64,000 bases of DNA. Origin: the human T2T-CHM13v2.0 reference genome, Homo sapiens. Shown in pieces: positions 13,305 to 28,494 of this stretch. The position numbers were made by a program, and so were the translations under genes. The stretch is from NCBI RefSeq assembly GCF_009914755.1, contig NC_060940.1; one strand, given 5' to 3'. A model generated the notes under the pieces. The model searched no databases. It was not told the origin of the DNA and saw only the letters and a program-made list of their open reading frames with translations. Positions within the stretch are counted from its first letter, which is position 1. Each line of letters starts with the position of its first letter.

Positions 13305-15825
13305 GATGATTCCATTGGTATCCATTCGACGATGATTCCATATGAGTCAATTCGATGATGATTCCATACGAGTCCGTTGGATGATAATTCCATTTGATTT
13401 CATTCAATCCTTCTATTCGATTCCATTTGATGATGATTCCATCTGAATCCATTCTCCGATTCCATTCGATTTCATTCGATGCTTCTATTTGATTTCATTC
13501 GAAGATGATTCCTTTCAATTCCGTTCATTAATTCCATTTGATTCCATTCGATGATGATTCCATCCGATTCCATTGGATGATGATTCCATTCGAGTCCATT
13601 CGATGATTCCGTTCTAATCCATTCTATGATTCCATTCGAGTCCATTCGATGATTCCATTCGATTCCATTCAGTGATGATTCCATTTGATTCCATCTGATG
13701 ATGATTTCATTTGATTCCATTCGATGATGATTCCATTGGAGTCCATTGAATGATTCAATTCAATTCCATTCCATGTGGATTCCATTCGAATTCATTCGAT
13801 TATTCCATTCAAATCCCTTCGTTGATTCCATCTGATTCCACTTGACGATGATTCCATTCAAGTCCAATCGATGATTCCATTCGGTTCCATTCAATGATTC
13901 CATTCGAGTCCATTTATGTATTATATTCGTGTCCACTTGATGACTCACTCCATTCAATTCCATTTAATGATGATTCCATTTGATTCCATTTGATGATTCA
14001 GTTCGATTCCTTACAATGATTCCCTACGATTCCTTTCTATGATGATTCCATTCGATTCCATTCATTGATGATTCCATTCGACTCCATTCAATGATGATTC
14101 CTTTCGATTCCATTTGACGATGTTTCCATTTGAGTCCATTCGATGATGATTCCATTGGTATCCATTCGACGATGATTCCATATGAGTCAATTCGATGATG
14201 ATTCCATACGAGTCCGTTGGATGATAATTCCATTTGATTTCATTCAATCCTTCTATTCGATTCCATTTGATGATGATTCCATCTGAATCCATTCTCCGAT
14301 TCCATTCGATTTCATTCGATGCTTCTATTTGATTTCATTCGAAGATGATTCCTTTCAATTCCATTCATTAATTCCATTTGATTCCATTCGATGATGATTC
14401 CATCCGATTCCATTGGATGATGATTCCACTCGAGTCCATTCGATGATTCCGTTCTAATCCATTCTATGATTCCATTCGAGTCCATTCGATGATTCCATTC
14501 GATTCCATTCAGTGATGATTCCATTTGATTCCATCTGATGATGATTTCATTTGATTCCATTCGATGATGATTCCATTGGAGTCCATTGAATGATTCAATT
14601 CAATTCCATTCCATGTGGATTCCATTCGAATTCATTCGATTATTCCATTCAAATCCCTTCGTTGATTCCATCTGATTCCACTTGACGATGATTCCATTCA
14701 AGTCCAATCGATGATTCCATTCGGTTCCATTCAATGATTCCATTCGAGTCCATTTATGTATTATATTCGTGTCCACTTGATGACTCCATTCAATTCCATT
14801 TAATGATGATTCCATTTGATTCCATTTGATGATTCAGTTCGATTCCTTACAATGATTCCCTACGATTCCTTTCTATGATGATTCCATTCGATTCCATTCA
14901 TTGATGATTCCATTCGACTCCATTCAATGATGATTCCTTTCGATTCCATTTGACGATGTTTCCATTTGAGTCCATTCGATGATGATTCCATTGGTATCCA
15001 TTCGACGATGATTCCATATGAGTCAATTCGATGATGATTCCATACGAGTCCGTTGGATGATAATTCCATTTGATTTCATTCAATCCTTCTATTCGATTCC
15101 ATTTGATGATGATTCCATCTGAATCCATTCTCCGATTCCATTCGATTTCATTCGATGCTTCTATTTGATTTCATTCGAAGATGATTCCTTTCAATTCCAT
15201 TCATTAATTCCATTTGATTCCATTCGATGATGATTCCATCCGATTCCATTGGATGATGATTCCACTCGAGTCCATTCGATGATTCCGTTCTAATCCATTC
15301 TATGATTCCATTCGAGTCCATTCGATGATTCCATTCGATTCCATTCAGTGATGATTCCATTTGATTCCATCTGATGATGATTTCATTTGATTCCATTCGA
15401 TGATGATTCCATTGGAGTCCATTGAATGATTCAATTCAATTCCATTCCATGTGGATTCCATTCGAATTCATTCGATTATTCCATTCAAATCCCTTCGTTG
15501 ATTCCATCTGATTCCACTTGACGATGATTCCATTCAAGTCCAATCGATGATTCCATTCGGTTCCATTCAATGATTCCATTCGAGTCCATTTATGTATTAT
15601 ATTCGTGTCCACTTGATGACTCACTCCATTCAATTCCATTTAATGATGATTCCATTTGATTCCATTTGATGATTCAGTTCGATTCCTTACAATGATTCCC
15701 TACGATTCCTTTCTATGATGATTCCATTCGATTCCATTCATTGATGATTCCATTCGACTCCATTCGATGATGATTCCTTTCGATTCCATTTGACGATGTT
15801 TCCATTTGAGTCCATTCGATGATGA
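13305..15825 (+). repeat. Nested tandem sub-array, 3 copies (840, 836, 840 bp)
   Basis: Identical 82-aa ORF at 13472, 14312 and 15148; the middle copy lacks the 4-bp insertion (GACTCCATTC versus GACTCACTCCATTC). Confidence 0.93.
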
Positions 15826-18800
15826 TTCAATTCAGTTCTGTTCTATTATGAATCCATTCGATTTCATTCAATGCTTCTATTTGATTCCATTCGACGATGA
15901 TTCCATCTCTTTCCCTTCGATGTTTCCATTTGATTCCATTCAGTGATGATTCCATTTGATTCCATCTGATGATGATTTCACTTGATTCATTTCAATGATG
16001 ATTCCATTCAAGTCCATTCGATGATTCCATTGGAGTCCAAACGATCATTCCATTCGATTCCATTCAATGATGATTCCATTCATGTCCATTCAATGAATCC
16101 TTTCAATTCCATTCGATGATGACTCCATTCGAGTACATTCGATGATTCCATTTGATTCCATTTGATGATGATTACATTCAATTCCATTCGAAGATGATTC
16201 CATTCAATTCCACTTGATGATGATTCCGTATGAATCCATTCGCTGATTATTCCATTCGATTCCATTCATTGACGATTCCATTCGATTCCATTCAATGATG
16301 ATTCTCTTCTATTCCATTCGATGATTCCGGTCGATTCCATTCGATGATGATTCCATTAGATTCCATTCGATTGTTGCATTCGATTCCCTTCGATGATGAT
16401 TCCTTTGAATTCCATTCGATTATGATTCCGTATGAATCCATTTGATGATTATTCCATTGGATTCCTTTCGATGATGATTCCATTCGATTCCATTTGATGA
16501 TGTTTCTCATGTATTCCATTTGATAATTCCTTTCAATTCCCTTCGATGATGATTCTTTCGAGTCAATTCGATGATTCTATTCCATTCCCTTCGATGATGA
16601 TTCCATTTCACTCCATTCGATGATTCCATTCGATTCAATTTGGTGATGATTCAATTCGATGACATTCGATGACTCCATTCAATTTCATTTGATGATGATT
16701 ACATTCGAGTCCATTTGATGATTGTATTCCTTTCCTTTTGATGATTATTCCATTCGTGTCTATTCAAAGATTCCATTCTATTCCATTCAATGATGATTCC
16801 AATTGATTCCATTCAATGATTATGGCTATCGATTCCACTCGTTGATTCCATTTGATTCCATTCGATGATTATTCCGTTAGATTCCATTAGGAGATTCCAT
16901 TCGATTTTATTCAATGATTCCAATTGATTCCATTCAATGATGATTCCATTCCACTCCGTTCAGTGATTCCATTTGAGTCCATTTGAGGATTCCATTCGAG
17001 TCCATTTGATGATTCCATTCTTTTCCATTTGATGATGATTCCATTAGGGTCCATTCAATGATTCCATTCGAGTCCATTCGTTAATGCCTTTCGAGTCCTT
17101 TTGATCACTACATTCGAGTCCATTCAATGATTCTATTCGATTCCATTCCATGATGATTCCATTCGAGTTCATTCGATGATTGCATTCGAGTCCATTTGAT
17201 GATTCCATATGATTCCATTCGACAATGATTCCATTCGTGTCCATTTGATGATTCCATTCATTTCCTATCGATGAAGATTCCATTCGAGTGTATTCGATGA
17301 TTCCATTCAAATCCATTCGATGATGATTCCATTCCAGTCCATTCGATCATTCCACTTGATTCCATTTGATGACTATTCCATTCAAATCCATTTGATGATT
17401 CGATTCGATTCCATTCGATGTTACCATTCCAGTATATACGATGATTCCACTCGATTCCATTTGATGATTATTCCATTGGAGTCGACTTAGTGAATCCTTT
17501 AGATTCTACTCGAAGATGATTCCATTCGAGTCCATTCGATGATACCATTCAATTCCATTCGTTGATGCTTCCATTCAAGTGCATTCGATGATATCATTCG
17601 ATTCCATTTGATGATAATTCCATTTGATTCCATGCGATGATTCTATTCCATTCCATTCAATGATAATTCCATTCAATTCAGTGATTCCTCTGGACTCCAT
17701 TTGATGATGATTCCATTCAATGATTCCATTCGATTCTATTCGAAAATGATTCCATTTGAATCCATTTGATGATGATTCCATTCGATTCCATTTGATGATT
17801 CCATTCGATTCCATTCGACGATGATTCCATTCGATTCCATTTGATGATTCCATTCTATTCTATTCGATGATGATTCCATTCGATTCCATTCGATGATGAT
17901 TGGATTCGATTCCATTTGATGATTTCATTTGATTCCATTCGATGATGATTTCGATCAATTCCATTCGATGATTCCATTCGATTCCATTTGATAATGATTA
18001 CATCCGAGTCCATTCGATGATTCCATTTGAGCCCGTTCGATAATTCCATTTGAGTCCAATCAATGATTCCATTCATTTCCATTCAATGATTCCATTCGAG
18101 TCCATTTGATCATTCCGGTAGGGTCCGTTCGATGTTGATTCCATTGGAGTGCATTCGATGATTCCATTCGAGTCCATTTTAGGATTTGATTCGAGTCCTT
18201 TCGATGATTCCATTCGATTCCACTCGATGCGATGATGATTTCATTCGAGTCCATTCGACACTTCCAATCGATTCCATTTGATGTTTCCATTCGAGTCCAA
18301 TTGATGATTCCATTCAATTCCATTCGATGATGATTCCGTACGATTCCATTCTGTGATGATTCCATGTGATTGCATTCAATGATGATTCCTTTCGATTGCA
18401 TTCGATTATGATTCATTTCGTGTTCATTCTATGGTTCCACAGGTTTCACATCGTGTCCATTCCATTATTCCATTCTATTCCATTTGATGATGATTCCATT
18501 CGATTCCATTCATTGGTGATTCCACTCAATTCCATTCAATGATTCCATTCCATTTCTTTCAACAATGATTCCATTAGTTTCTAATCGATGATCCACTTGA
18601 TTCCATTTGACGGTGATTCCATTCTTGTCCATTCGATGATTCCATTTGATTCCATATGATGATGATTCCATTCGATTCCATACGATGATGATTCCATTCG
18701 AGTCCATTCAATGGTGATTCCATTCAATTCCATTCGGTGATTCCTTTCGATTCCATTTGATGATGATGGCATTCGATTCCTTTCAATCATTCCCTTTGAT

Positions 18801-21800
18801 TCCACTCAAAGGTGATTTCATTCAAGTCCATTCGATAATTGCATTCGATTCCATTCTATGATGATTCCATTCGAGTCCATTTGATGATTCCATTCAATTC
18901 AAGTCAATGATGATTCCATTCGATTCCATTCGATGATTCCATTGGATTCCATTCGATGATGATTCCATTCAAATCCATTCGATAATTCAATTCACGTCCA
19001 TTCGATGATGATTCCAATCGAATCCATTCAAAGATTCCATTCAATTCCATTCGATGATTCCCTTAGATTCCATTCGATGATTCCACTTGATTCCATTTAC
19101 GATGATTCCATTCGATTCCATGTGATGATTCCATTCAATTCTATTCAATGATGTTTCCATTTGATTCCATTCGACCATGATTGCCTTTGATTCCATTCAA
19201 TGATTCCATTCGGTTCCGTTTGATGATGATTCCGTTCGATTCCATTTGATGATTCCATTTGATTCCATTGGATGAGTCCATTCGATTACATTCGATGATT
19301 ATTCCATTCGAGTGCATTAGATGATTCCATTCGAGTCCATTCGATGATTCCATTCGAGTCCATTCGATGATTCCATTCGATTCCATTCGATGTTGATTCT
19401 GTTCAAATCCATTCGATGATTCCACTCGATTCCATTCGATGACTCCATTTGATCCCATTCTATGATTTCCTTTGATTCCCTTTGATGATCATTCCATTTG
19501 ATTCAATTCGGTGATTTCATTTGATTCCATTCAGTGATGTTTCCATTCGACTCCATTCGATGATGATTCCATTCGACTACATTCGATTATGATTTCATTC
19601 AATTCCATTCGATAAAGATTCCCTTCGAGTCCAATCGATGATTCCATTCGATTCCATTCAACGATGATTTGATTCGTGTCCATTCGATGATTCCATTTGA
19701 TTCCACTTGATGAGGATTCCATTCGAGTCCATTTGATGATTCCATTCAATTCCATTCTCCGATGATTTCTTTTGAGCCCATTCAATGCTTCCACTCGATT
19801 ACATATGATGATGACTCCATTCGATGAAACTCGATGATGATTCCATTCGCTTGCATTCGATGATGATTCCACTTGAGTCCGTTAGAAGATTCTATTCAAT
19901 TACATTCCATGACGATTCCGTTCGAGTCCATTTGATGATTCCATTACACTCCATTCGACAATGATTCCATTCAATGTTATTCGATGATTCCATTCGATCT
20001 CATTCGATGATGATTCCATTCAACTCCATTCGATGTTTCCATTCGAGTTCATTCTATTATTCCATTAGATTCCATTCGATGATGATTCCATTCGATTCCA
20101 TTTGATGATTGCATTCTATTTCATTTGATGATGATTCCATTCGAGTCCATTCGATGATTCCATTCGAGTCCATTTAATGAATCCATTGGTTTCAATTCTA
20201 TGATGATTATATTGGATTCCATTCGTTGATGATTTCATTCGATTCCATTCAATGATGATTCCATTCAATTCCATTCAATGATTCCATTCAATTCCATACG
20301 ATGATGATTCCATTTGATTTGATTCGACAGTGAGCCATTCGATTCAATTCCATGATGATTCTATTTGATTCACTTGGTTGACATTTCTATTCGGTTCCAT
20401 TCGATGATGATTCCATTTGATTCCATTCAAAGATGATTCCATTCTAGCCCATTCAATCATTCCATTCGATTCTATTCAATGATGATTCCATTCATGTCGA
20501 TTTGGTGATTCCATTTGACTTCATTTGATGATGATTCCTTTCAAGTTCATTAGATGATTCCATTCGATTCCATTTGATGATGATCCCATTCGAGTCCATT
20601 CAGTGATTCCACTCGTTTCCATTCCATGATGATTCCATTCCATTCCATTCAATGATTCCATTCGATTCCGTTTGATGATGATTTCATTCGAGTCCATTTG
20701 ATGATTCCATTTGATTCCATTCGATGATGATTCCATTCGAGTCCATTCGATGATTCTATTCGAATCCATTTGATGATTTCTTTTGATTATATTTGGTGAT
20801 GATTCCATTGGAGTCCATTCAATGATTCCATTCTATTCCAATCGATGATGATTCCATTAGAGTCCATTTAATGATTCCATTTGATTCCAGTCTCTGATGT
20901 TTACATTCGAGTCCATACGATGATTCCACTCAATTCCATATGATGATGATTCCATTCGATTCCATTCGATGATTCCATTCTATTCTATTCAATGGTGATT
21001 CCATTCGAGTACATTAGATGATTCCATTCGATTCCATTCAATGATGATTCTACTTGTGTCCCTTAGATGATTCCACATGATTCCATTAGATGATGATACT
21101 ATTTGAGCCCATCCAATGATTCCCTTCGATTCCATTCGATGAGGATTCCATTCGATTCAATTCATTGGTGATTCTATTCAATTCAATTCTTTGATTCAAT
21201 TCCATTCCATTCGACAATGATTCCATTCGATTTCTTTCGATGATTCCACTCAATTTCACTTGACATTGATTCCATTCGATTCCATTCAATGATTCCATTT
21301 GATTCCAGTGGATGATGATTGCCGTCGATTCCATTCGATCACTCCATTCTGTTCCATTTGATGATGATTACATTCGATTCCATTTGATGATTCCATCTGA
21401 TTCTATTCGAGGATTCCATTTGATTCCATTCGATGATGATTCCATTCGAGTCCATTCGATGGTTTCATTCGAGTACATCCAATGATTCCATTCGAGTCCA
21501 TTTGATGATTCCATTTCATTCCATTTGATTATGATTCTACTAGAGTCCATTCAATGACTCCATTCGAGTCCATTCAACATTTCCATCCGAGTCCATTCGA
21601 TGATTCCATTCGATTCCATTTGATGATTCCATTCGAGTCCATTTAATCATTACAGTCGAGTCCATTTGGTGATTCCACTGGATTTCTTTTGATAATGATA
21701 CCATTCAATTACATTTGATGATGATCCCATTCAATTTCATTTGATGATGATTCCATTAGAGTCCATTCCATGATTTCATTCGAGTCCCTTCATTGATTCC

Positions 21801-24800
21801 ATCCGATTTCATTTCATGATGACTCCATTCGAGTCCATTCGATGATTCCACTCGATTCCTTTAGATGATTCCATTGGAGTCCATTTGATTGTTCCATTCG
21901 ATTCCATTCGATTCCTTTCGAAGATTATTCCATTTGAGTCCATTCGATGATGATTCCATTCCATTCCATTCGATGATTCCGTTTGATTCCATTCGATGAT
22001 TCCCTGCGATTCCTTTCTATGATGATTCCATTCCATTCCATTCAATGATTCCATTCGAATCTATTCCATGATGATTCCTTTCGATTCCATTCGCTGATGT
22101 TTCCGTTCAATTCCATTCGATGATGATTCCATTCGATTCCATTCATTGAGGATTCCATTGGATTCCATTCAATGATGATTCCATTCTATTCCATTCAATG
22201 ATTGCATTCAATTCCATTCAATGATTATGCCATTAGAGTAAATTCAACGATTCCATTCAATACCATTCGATGATGATTCCTTTTGAGTCCATTCAATGAT
22301 TTCATTCAAGTCCATTTGATGATTCCTTTCAATTCCATTCCATGATGATTCCATTCGAGTCCATTCGATGATTCCATTCGATTGCATTCGATGATTCCAT
22401 TATATTCCATTCAACGATGATTCCATTCGAGTCCATTCGATGATTCCATTAGAGTACATTTAATGATTGCTTTGTTTTCAATTCAAAGATGATTACATTG
22501 GATTCCATTCTATGATTCCATTCGATTGCATTCATTGATGATTCCACCCAATTCCATTCGATGATGATTCCATTCGATTTCAATGATTCTACTCGATTCC
22601 ATTCAATGATGATTCAATTCTATTCCGTTTGATGATTCCATTAGATTCCATTCTATGATGATTCCATTCGAGTCCATTCGAAGATTTCATTCGATTACAT
22701 TCCATGACGATTCCATTCGAGTCCATTCGATGATTCCATTTGAATCCATTCGACGATGATTCCATTTGATGCTATTCGATGATTCCATTGGATTCCATTC
22801 GATGATGATTCCATTCGACTTGATTTGATGTTTCTATTTGAGTCCATTCGGTTATTTTATTAGACTACATTCGATGATGATTCCATTCGATGCCATTCAA
22901 TGATTCCATTTGATTCCACTCAATGATGATTGCATTCGTGTCCATTCGATGATTCCATTTGGTTCCATTTGATGATGATTCCATTCGAGTCCATTCGATG
23001 ATACCATTCAATTCCATTCGATGATCATTCCATTCGAATCCATTTGATGATTCCACTCAATTCCATTTGATGACTCCTTTCATTCCCATTCGATGATTCC
23101 CTTCAGTTCCAATTGGATGATCTTTCCATTTGATTCAATATGGTGACTCCATTCTATTATATTCAATGATGATTCCATTCGACTCCATTAGATGATGACT
23201 CCATTCCATTCCATTCGATTGTGATTTCATTCGATTCCATTCGAAGATGATTCCATTCGAGTCCATTTGATGATTCCATTCGATTCCATTCAATGATGAT
23301 TCCACTCAAATCCATTGGATGATTCCATTCGTTTCCAATTGGTGATTTCATTAGATTCCATTCGAGGATGATTCTATTCGAGTCCATTCAATGATTCCAT
23401 TGGATTCCGTTTGATAATGATTCCATTAGAGTTCATTCGATGATTCCCTTCGAGTCCATTCGATTATTTCTTTTGATTCCATTTGATGATGATTCCATTC
23501 GATTCCATTCAATGATTCCATTCCATTCCATTCGATGATGATTCCATTCGATAATGATTACATTCGAGCCCATGTGATGATTCCATTAGATTCTATTCAA
23601 TGATGATTCCATTCGACCACATTCGATGATGGCATTCGAGTCCATTCGATGATTTCACTCGATTCCACTTGATGATGATTCCTTTTGAGTCCATTTGATG
23701 ATTACATTCGAGTCCATGAGATGACTCCATTCGATTCCATTTCATGATGATGCAATTCGAGGCTATTCGATCATCCCATTTTAGTGCATTCGGTGATTCT
23801 CTTTTATTACATTCGATGAGGGCTCCATTCGAGTCCATTCAATGATTCCATTAGATTCCACTCGATGATGATTCCATTTGAGTCCATTCAAAGATTCCTT
23901 TCGAGTCCATTCGATAATTCTATTGGATTCCACTAGGTGATGATTCCTTTCGAGTCAATTCGATGATTCCTTTCAAGTGCCTTCAATGATTCCATTCGAT
24001 TCCATTCGATGACGATTCATTTCAAGTCCATTCAATGGTTCCATTCTGTTGAATTTGATGGTTCCATTGGATTCCATTCGATGATGATTCCATTCGTGTC
24101 CATTGGATGATTCCATTCGATTCCTTTCGAGGAAGATTCCATTCGACTCCATTCGATGATTCCGTTCGATTCCATTCCATGATGATTCCATTTGATTCCA
24201 TTCCATGATTCCATTCGATACCATTCGATGATGATTCCATTCGACTCCATTTGATGAATCCATTCAATGCTTCCATTCGAGTCCATTCGATGATTCCATT
24301 CGATTCCATTCCATGAAGATTCCATTCGAGTACATTTGATGATTCCATTTAATTCCATAGGATGATGATTCTATTAGGGTCCGTTGACTATTCCATTCAA
24401 TTCCATTCGAAGATTCCATTCGAGTCCACTCGATGATTCTATTTGATTCCATTTGATAATTCCATTCGATTCCATTTGATGTTGATTCCATTCGAGTCCA
24501 TTCGATCATTATTACATTTGATTCTATTCGATGATTCCATTCGATTCCATTTGATGAGGATTCCATTCGAGACCATTTGATGATTCCATTCAATTCCATT
24601 GGATGATTCCAATATTTTCCATTAGATGATGATTCCATTCGATTCCATTCAATGATGATTCCATCAGAATCCATTCGATGATGACTCCTTTTGCTTCCAT
24701 TCAATGATCATTACATTCGGTTCCATTCGATGATGATTCCTTTGGATTCCATTCGATGATGCTTCCATTCGATTCCATTTGATGATGATTCTTTTCGATT

Positions 24801-27800
24801 CCATTTGATGATGATTCCATTTGATTCCATTCGATGGTGATTCCATTTGATGATTCCATTCGATTGTATTCGATGATGATTCCACTCGATTCTATTTGAT
24901 GATGACTGCATTCGATTCCATTTGATGATTCCATTTGATTCCATTCGATGATGATTCTGATCAATTGCATTCGATGATCCATTCGATTCCATTTGATGGT
25001 TCCATTTGATTCCATTTGATAATGATTCCTTTCGAGTCCATTCGATGATTCCATTTGCGGATATTCGATAATTCCATTTGAGTCCAACCGATGATTCCAT
25101 TCGAGGCCATTCAATCATTCTTTTTGAGTCCTTTCGATAAAGATTCCATTTTAGTCCATTCAATAATTCCACTGGAGTCCATTCGATGATTGCTTTTAAT
25201 TCCATTCGATGATATTCCATTCGAGTCCATTCGATGATTCCATTCGTTGCTATTAGATGATGATTCCATTCATGACCATTTGGTGATTCCATTCGATTTC
25301 ATTCGTTGATGATTCCATTCGAGTCCATTCCATGATTCCATTCAAGTCCATTTGATGATTTCTTTGAATTCAATTCGATGATGATTCCATTCGAGTCCAT
25401 TCGATGATTCCATTCAGTTCCATTCGATGATGATTCCTTTCGAGACCATATGATGATTCCATTTGATTTCATTCGATGATGATTCCATTCGATTCCATTC
25501 GATGATTCCATTCTATTCCATTCGATGATGATTCCATTCGAGTCCATTTAATGATTCCATTGGGTTCAATTCAATGATGATTACATTGGATTCTCTTCTA
25601 TGATACCATTCAATTCCGTTCATTGACAATTTGATTCCATTCGATGATGATTCCATTTGAGTTCATTCGATGATTCTATTCGATTCTCTTCGATGGTGAT
25701 TCAATTCTATTATATTGGATGATTCCATTCGATTCCATTTGATGTTGATTCAATTCGATTCTATTCGATGATGATTCCATTGGATTTCATTTGATGATTC
25801 TATTCGATTCCATTCAATGATGATTCACTTCTCGTCCATTGGATGATTCCATTTCATTCCATTCGATGATGATTCCATTCGATTCCATTCGATGATTCCA
25901 TTTGATTCCATTCGACGGTGAGCAATTCGATTCAATTCCATGATGATTCTATTTGATTCAGTTAGATGATGTTTCCATTCGAATCCATTCCATGATTATT
26001 CCATTGGAATCCATTCGGCGATGATTCCATATGAGTCAATTCAATGATGCTTCCATATGGGTCAGTTCGATGATAATTCCATTTGATTTCATTCGATGCT
26101 TCTATTCAATTCCAGTCGATGATGATTCCGTTGGAGTCCATACGATGACTCCATTTGATTTCATTTGATGATGATTCCATTCGATTCCATTCGATGACTC
26201 CATTCTGTTCCATTCGATGATGATTCCATTCGAGTCCATTCGATGATTCCATTCGAGTCCATTTCATGATTCCATTGGGTTCAATTCGATGATGATTACA
26301 CTGGATTCCATTCTATGATTCCATTCAATTCCATTCGTTGATGATTCGATTCCATTCAATGATGATTCCATTTGAGTTCATTCGATGATTCTATTCGATT
26401 CCGTTCGATGGTGATTCAATTCTATTATATTGGATGATTCCATTCGATTCCATTTGATGATGATTCCATTCGATTCCATTCGATGATGATTCCATTTGTT
26501 TCCATTTGATGTTGATTCTATTCGATTCTATTCAATGATGATTCCATTCGATTTCATTTGATGATTCTATTCGATTCCTTTCGATGATTCTATTCCATTC
26601 CATTCGATGATGATTCAATTCTCTTCCATTGGATGATTCCATTTTATTCCATTCGACGATGACTCCATTTGATTCCATTCAATGATGATTCCATTCGATT
26701 CCATTCGGTGATTCCATTTGATTCCATTCGACGGTGAGCAATTTGATTCAATTCCATAATGATTCTATTTGATTCAATTAGATGATGTTTCCATTCGAAT
26801 CCATTCGGTGATGATTCCATTGGTATCCATTCGACGATGATTCCATATGAGTCAATTCGATGATGATTCCATACGAGTCCGTTGGATGATAATTCCATTT
26901 GATTTCATTCAATCCTTCTATTCGATTCCATTTGATGATGATTCCATCTGAATCCATTCTCCGATTCCATTCGATTTCATTCGATGCTTCTATTTGATTT
27001 CATTCGAAGATGATTCCTTTCAATTCCGTTCATTAATTCCATTTGATTCCATTCGATGATGATTCCATCCGATTCCATTGGATGATGATTCCATTCGAGT
27101 CCATTCGATGATTCCGTTCTAATCCATTCTATGATTCCATTCGAGTCCATTCGATGATTCCATTCGATTCCATTCAGTGATGATTCCATTTGATTCCATC
27201 TGATGATGATTTCATTTGATTCCATTCGATGATGATTCCATTGGAGTCCATTGAATGATTCAATTCAATTCCATTCCATGTGGATTCCATTCGAATTCAT
27301 TCGATTATTCCATTCAAATCCCTTCGTTGATTCCATCTGATTCCACTTGACGATGATTCCATTCAAGTCCAATCGATGATTCCATTCGGTTCCATTCAAT
27401 GATTCCATTCGAGTCCATTTATGTATTATATTCGTGTCCACTTGATGACTCACTCCATTCAATTCCATTTAATGATGATTCCATTTGATTCCATTTGATG
27501 ATTCAGTTCGATTCCTTACAATGATTCCCTACGATTCCTTTCTATGATGATTCCATTCGATTCCATTCATTGATGATTCCATTCGACTCCATTCAATGAT
27601 GATTCCTTTCGATTCCATTTGACGATGTTTCCATTTGAGTCCATTCGATGATGATTCCATTGGTATCCATTCGACGATGATTCCATATGAGTCAATTCGA
27701 TGATGATTCCATACGAGTCCGTTGGATGATAATTCCATTTGATTTCATTCAATCCTTCTATTCGATTCCATTTGATGATGATTCCATCTGAATCCATTCT

Positions 27801-28494
27801 CCGATTCCATTCGATTTCATTCGATGCTTCTATTTGATTTCATTCGAAGATGATTCCTTTCAATTCCATTCATTAATTCCATTTGATTCCATTCGATGAT
27901 GATTCCATCCGATTCCATTGGATGATGATTCCACTCGAGTCCATTCGATGATTCCGTTCTAATCCATTCTATGATTCCATTCGAGTCCATTCGATGATTC
28001 CATTCGATTCCATTCAGTGATGATTCCATTTGATTCCATCTGATGATGATTTCATTTGATTCCATTCGATGATGATTCCATTGGAGTCCATTGAATGATT
28101 CAATTCAATTCCATTCCATGTGGATTCCATTCGAATTCATTCGATTATTCCATTCAAATCCCTTCGTTGATTCCATCTGATTCCACTTGACGATGATTCC
28201 ATTCAAGTCCAATCGATGATTCCATTCGGTTCCATTCAATGATTCCATTCGAGTCCATTTATGTATTATATTCGTGTCCACTTGATGACTCACTCCATTC
28301 AATTCCATTTAATGATGATTCCATTTGATTCCATTTGATGATTCAGTTCGATTCCTTACAATGATTCCCTACGATTCCTTTCTATGATGATTCCATTCGA
28401 TTCCATTCATTGATGATTCCATTCGACTCCATTCGATGATGATTCCTTTCGATTCCATTTGACGATGTTTCCATTTGAGTCCATTCGATGATGA
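15826..28494 (+). repeat. HSat2 macro-repeat unit B, 12,669 bp (two 840-bp subunits)
   Basis: ORFs 16080/28749 and 17044/29713 are offset by 12,669 = 13,505 - 836. Confidence 0.93.
26810..28494 (+). repeat. Nested tandem sub-array, 2 copies (840, 840 bp)
   Basis: Identical ORFs at 26977/27817 and 27265/28105; both copies carry GACTCACTCC. Confidence 0.92.

Larger units (their letters stand above)
2321..15825 (+). repeat. HSat2 macro-repeat unit A, 13,505 bp (three 836/840-bp subunits)
   Basis: Constant offset 13,505 for ORFs 2575/16080, 7016/20521, 11206/24711 and 13472/26977; landmark CCACAGG at 4932 and 18437. Unit phase chosen arbitrarily at TTCAATTCAGTTCTG. Confidence 0.93.
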
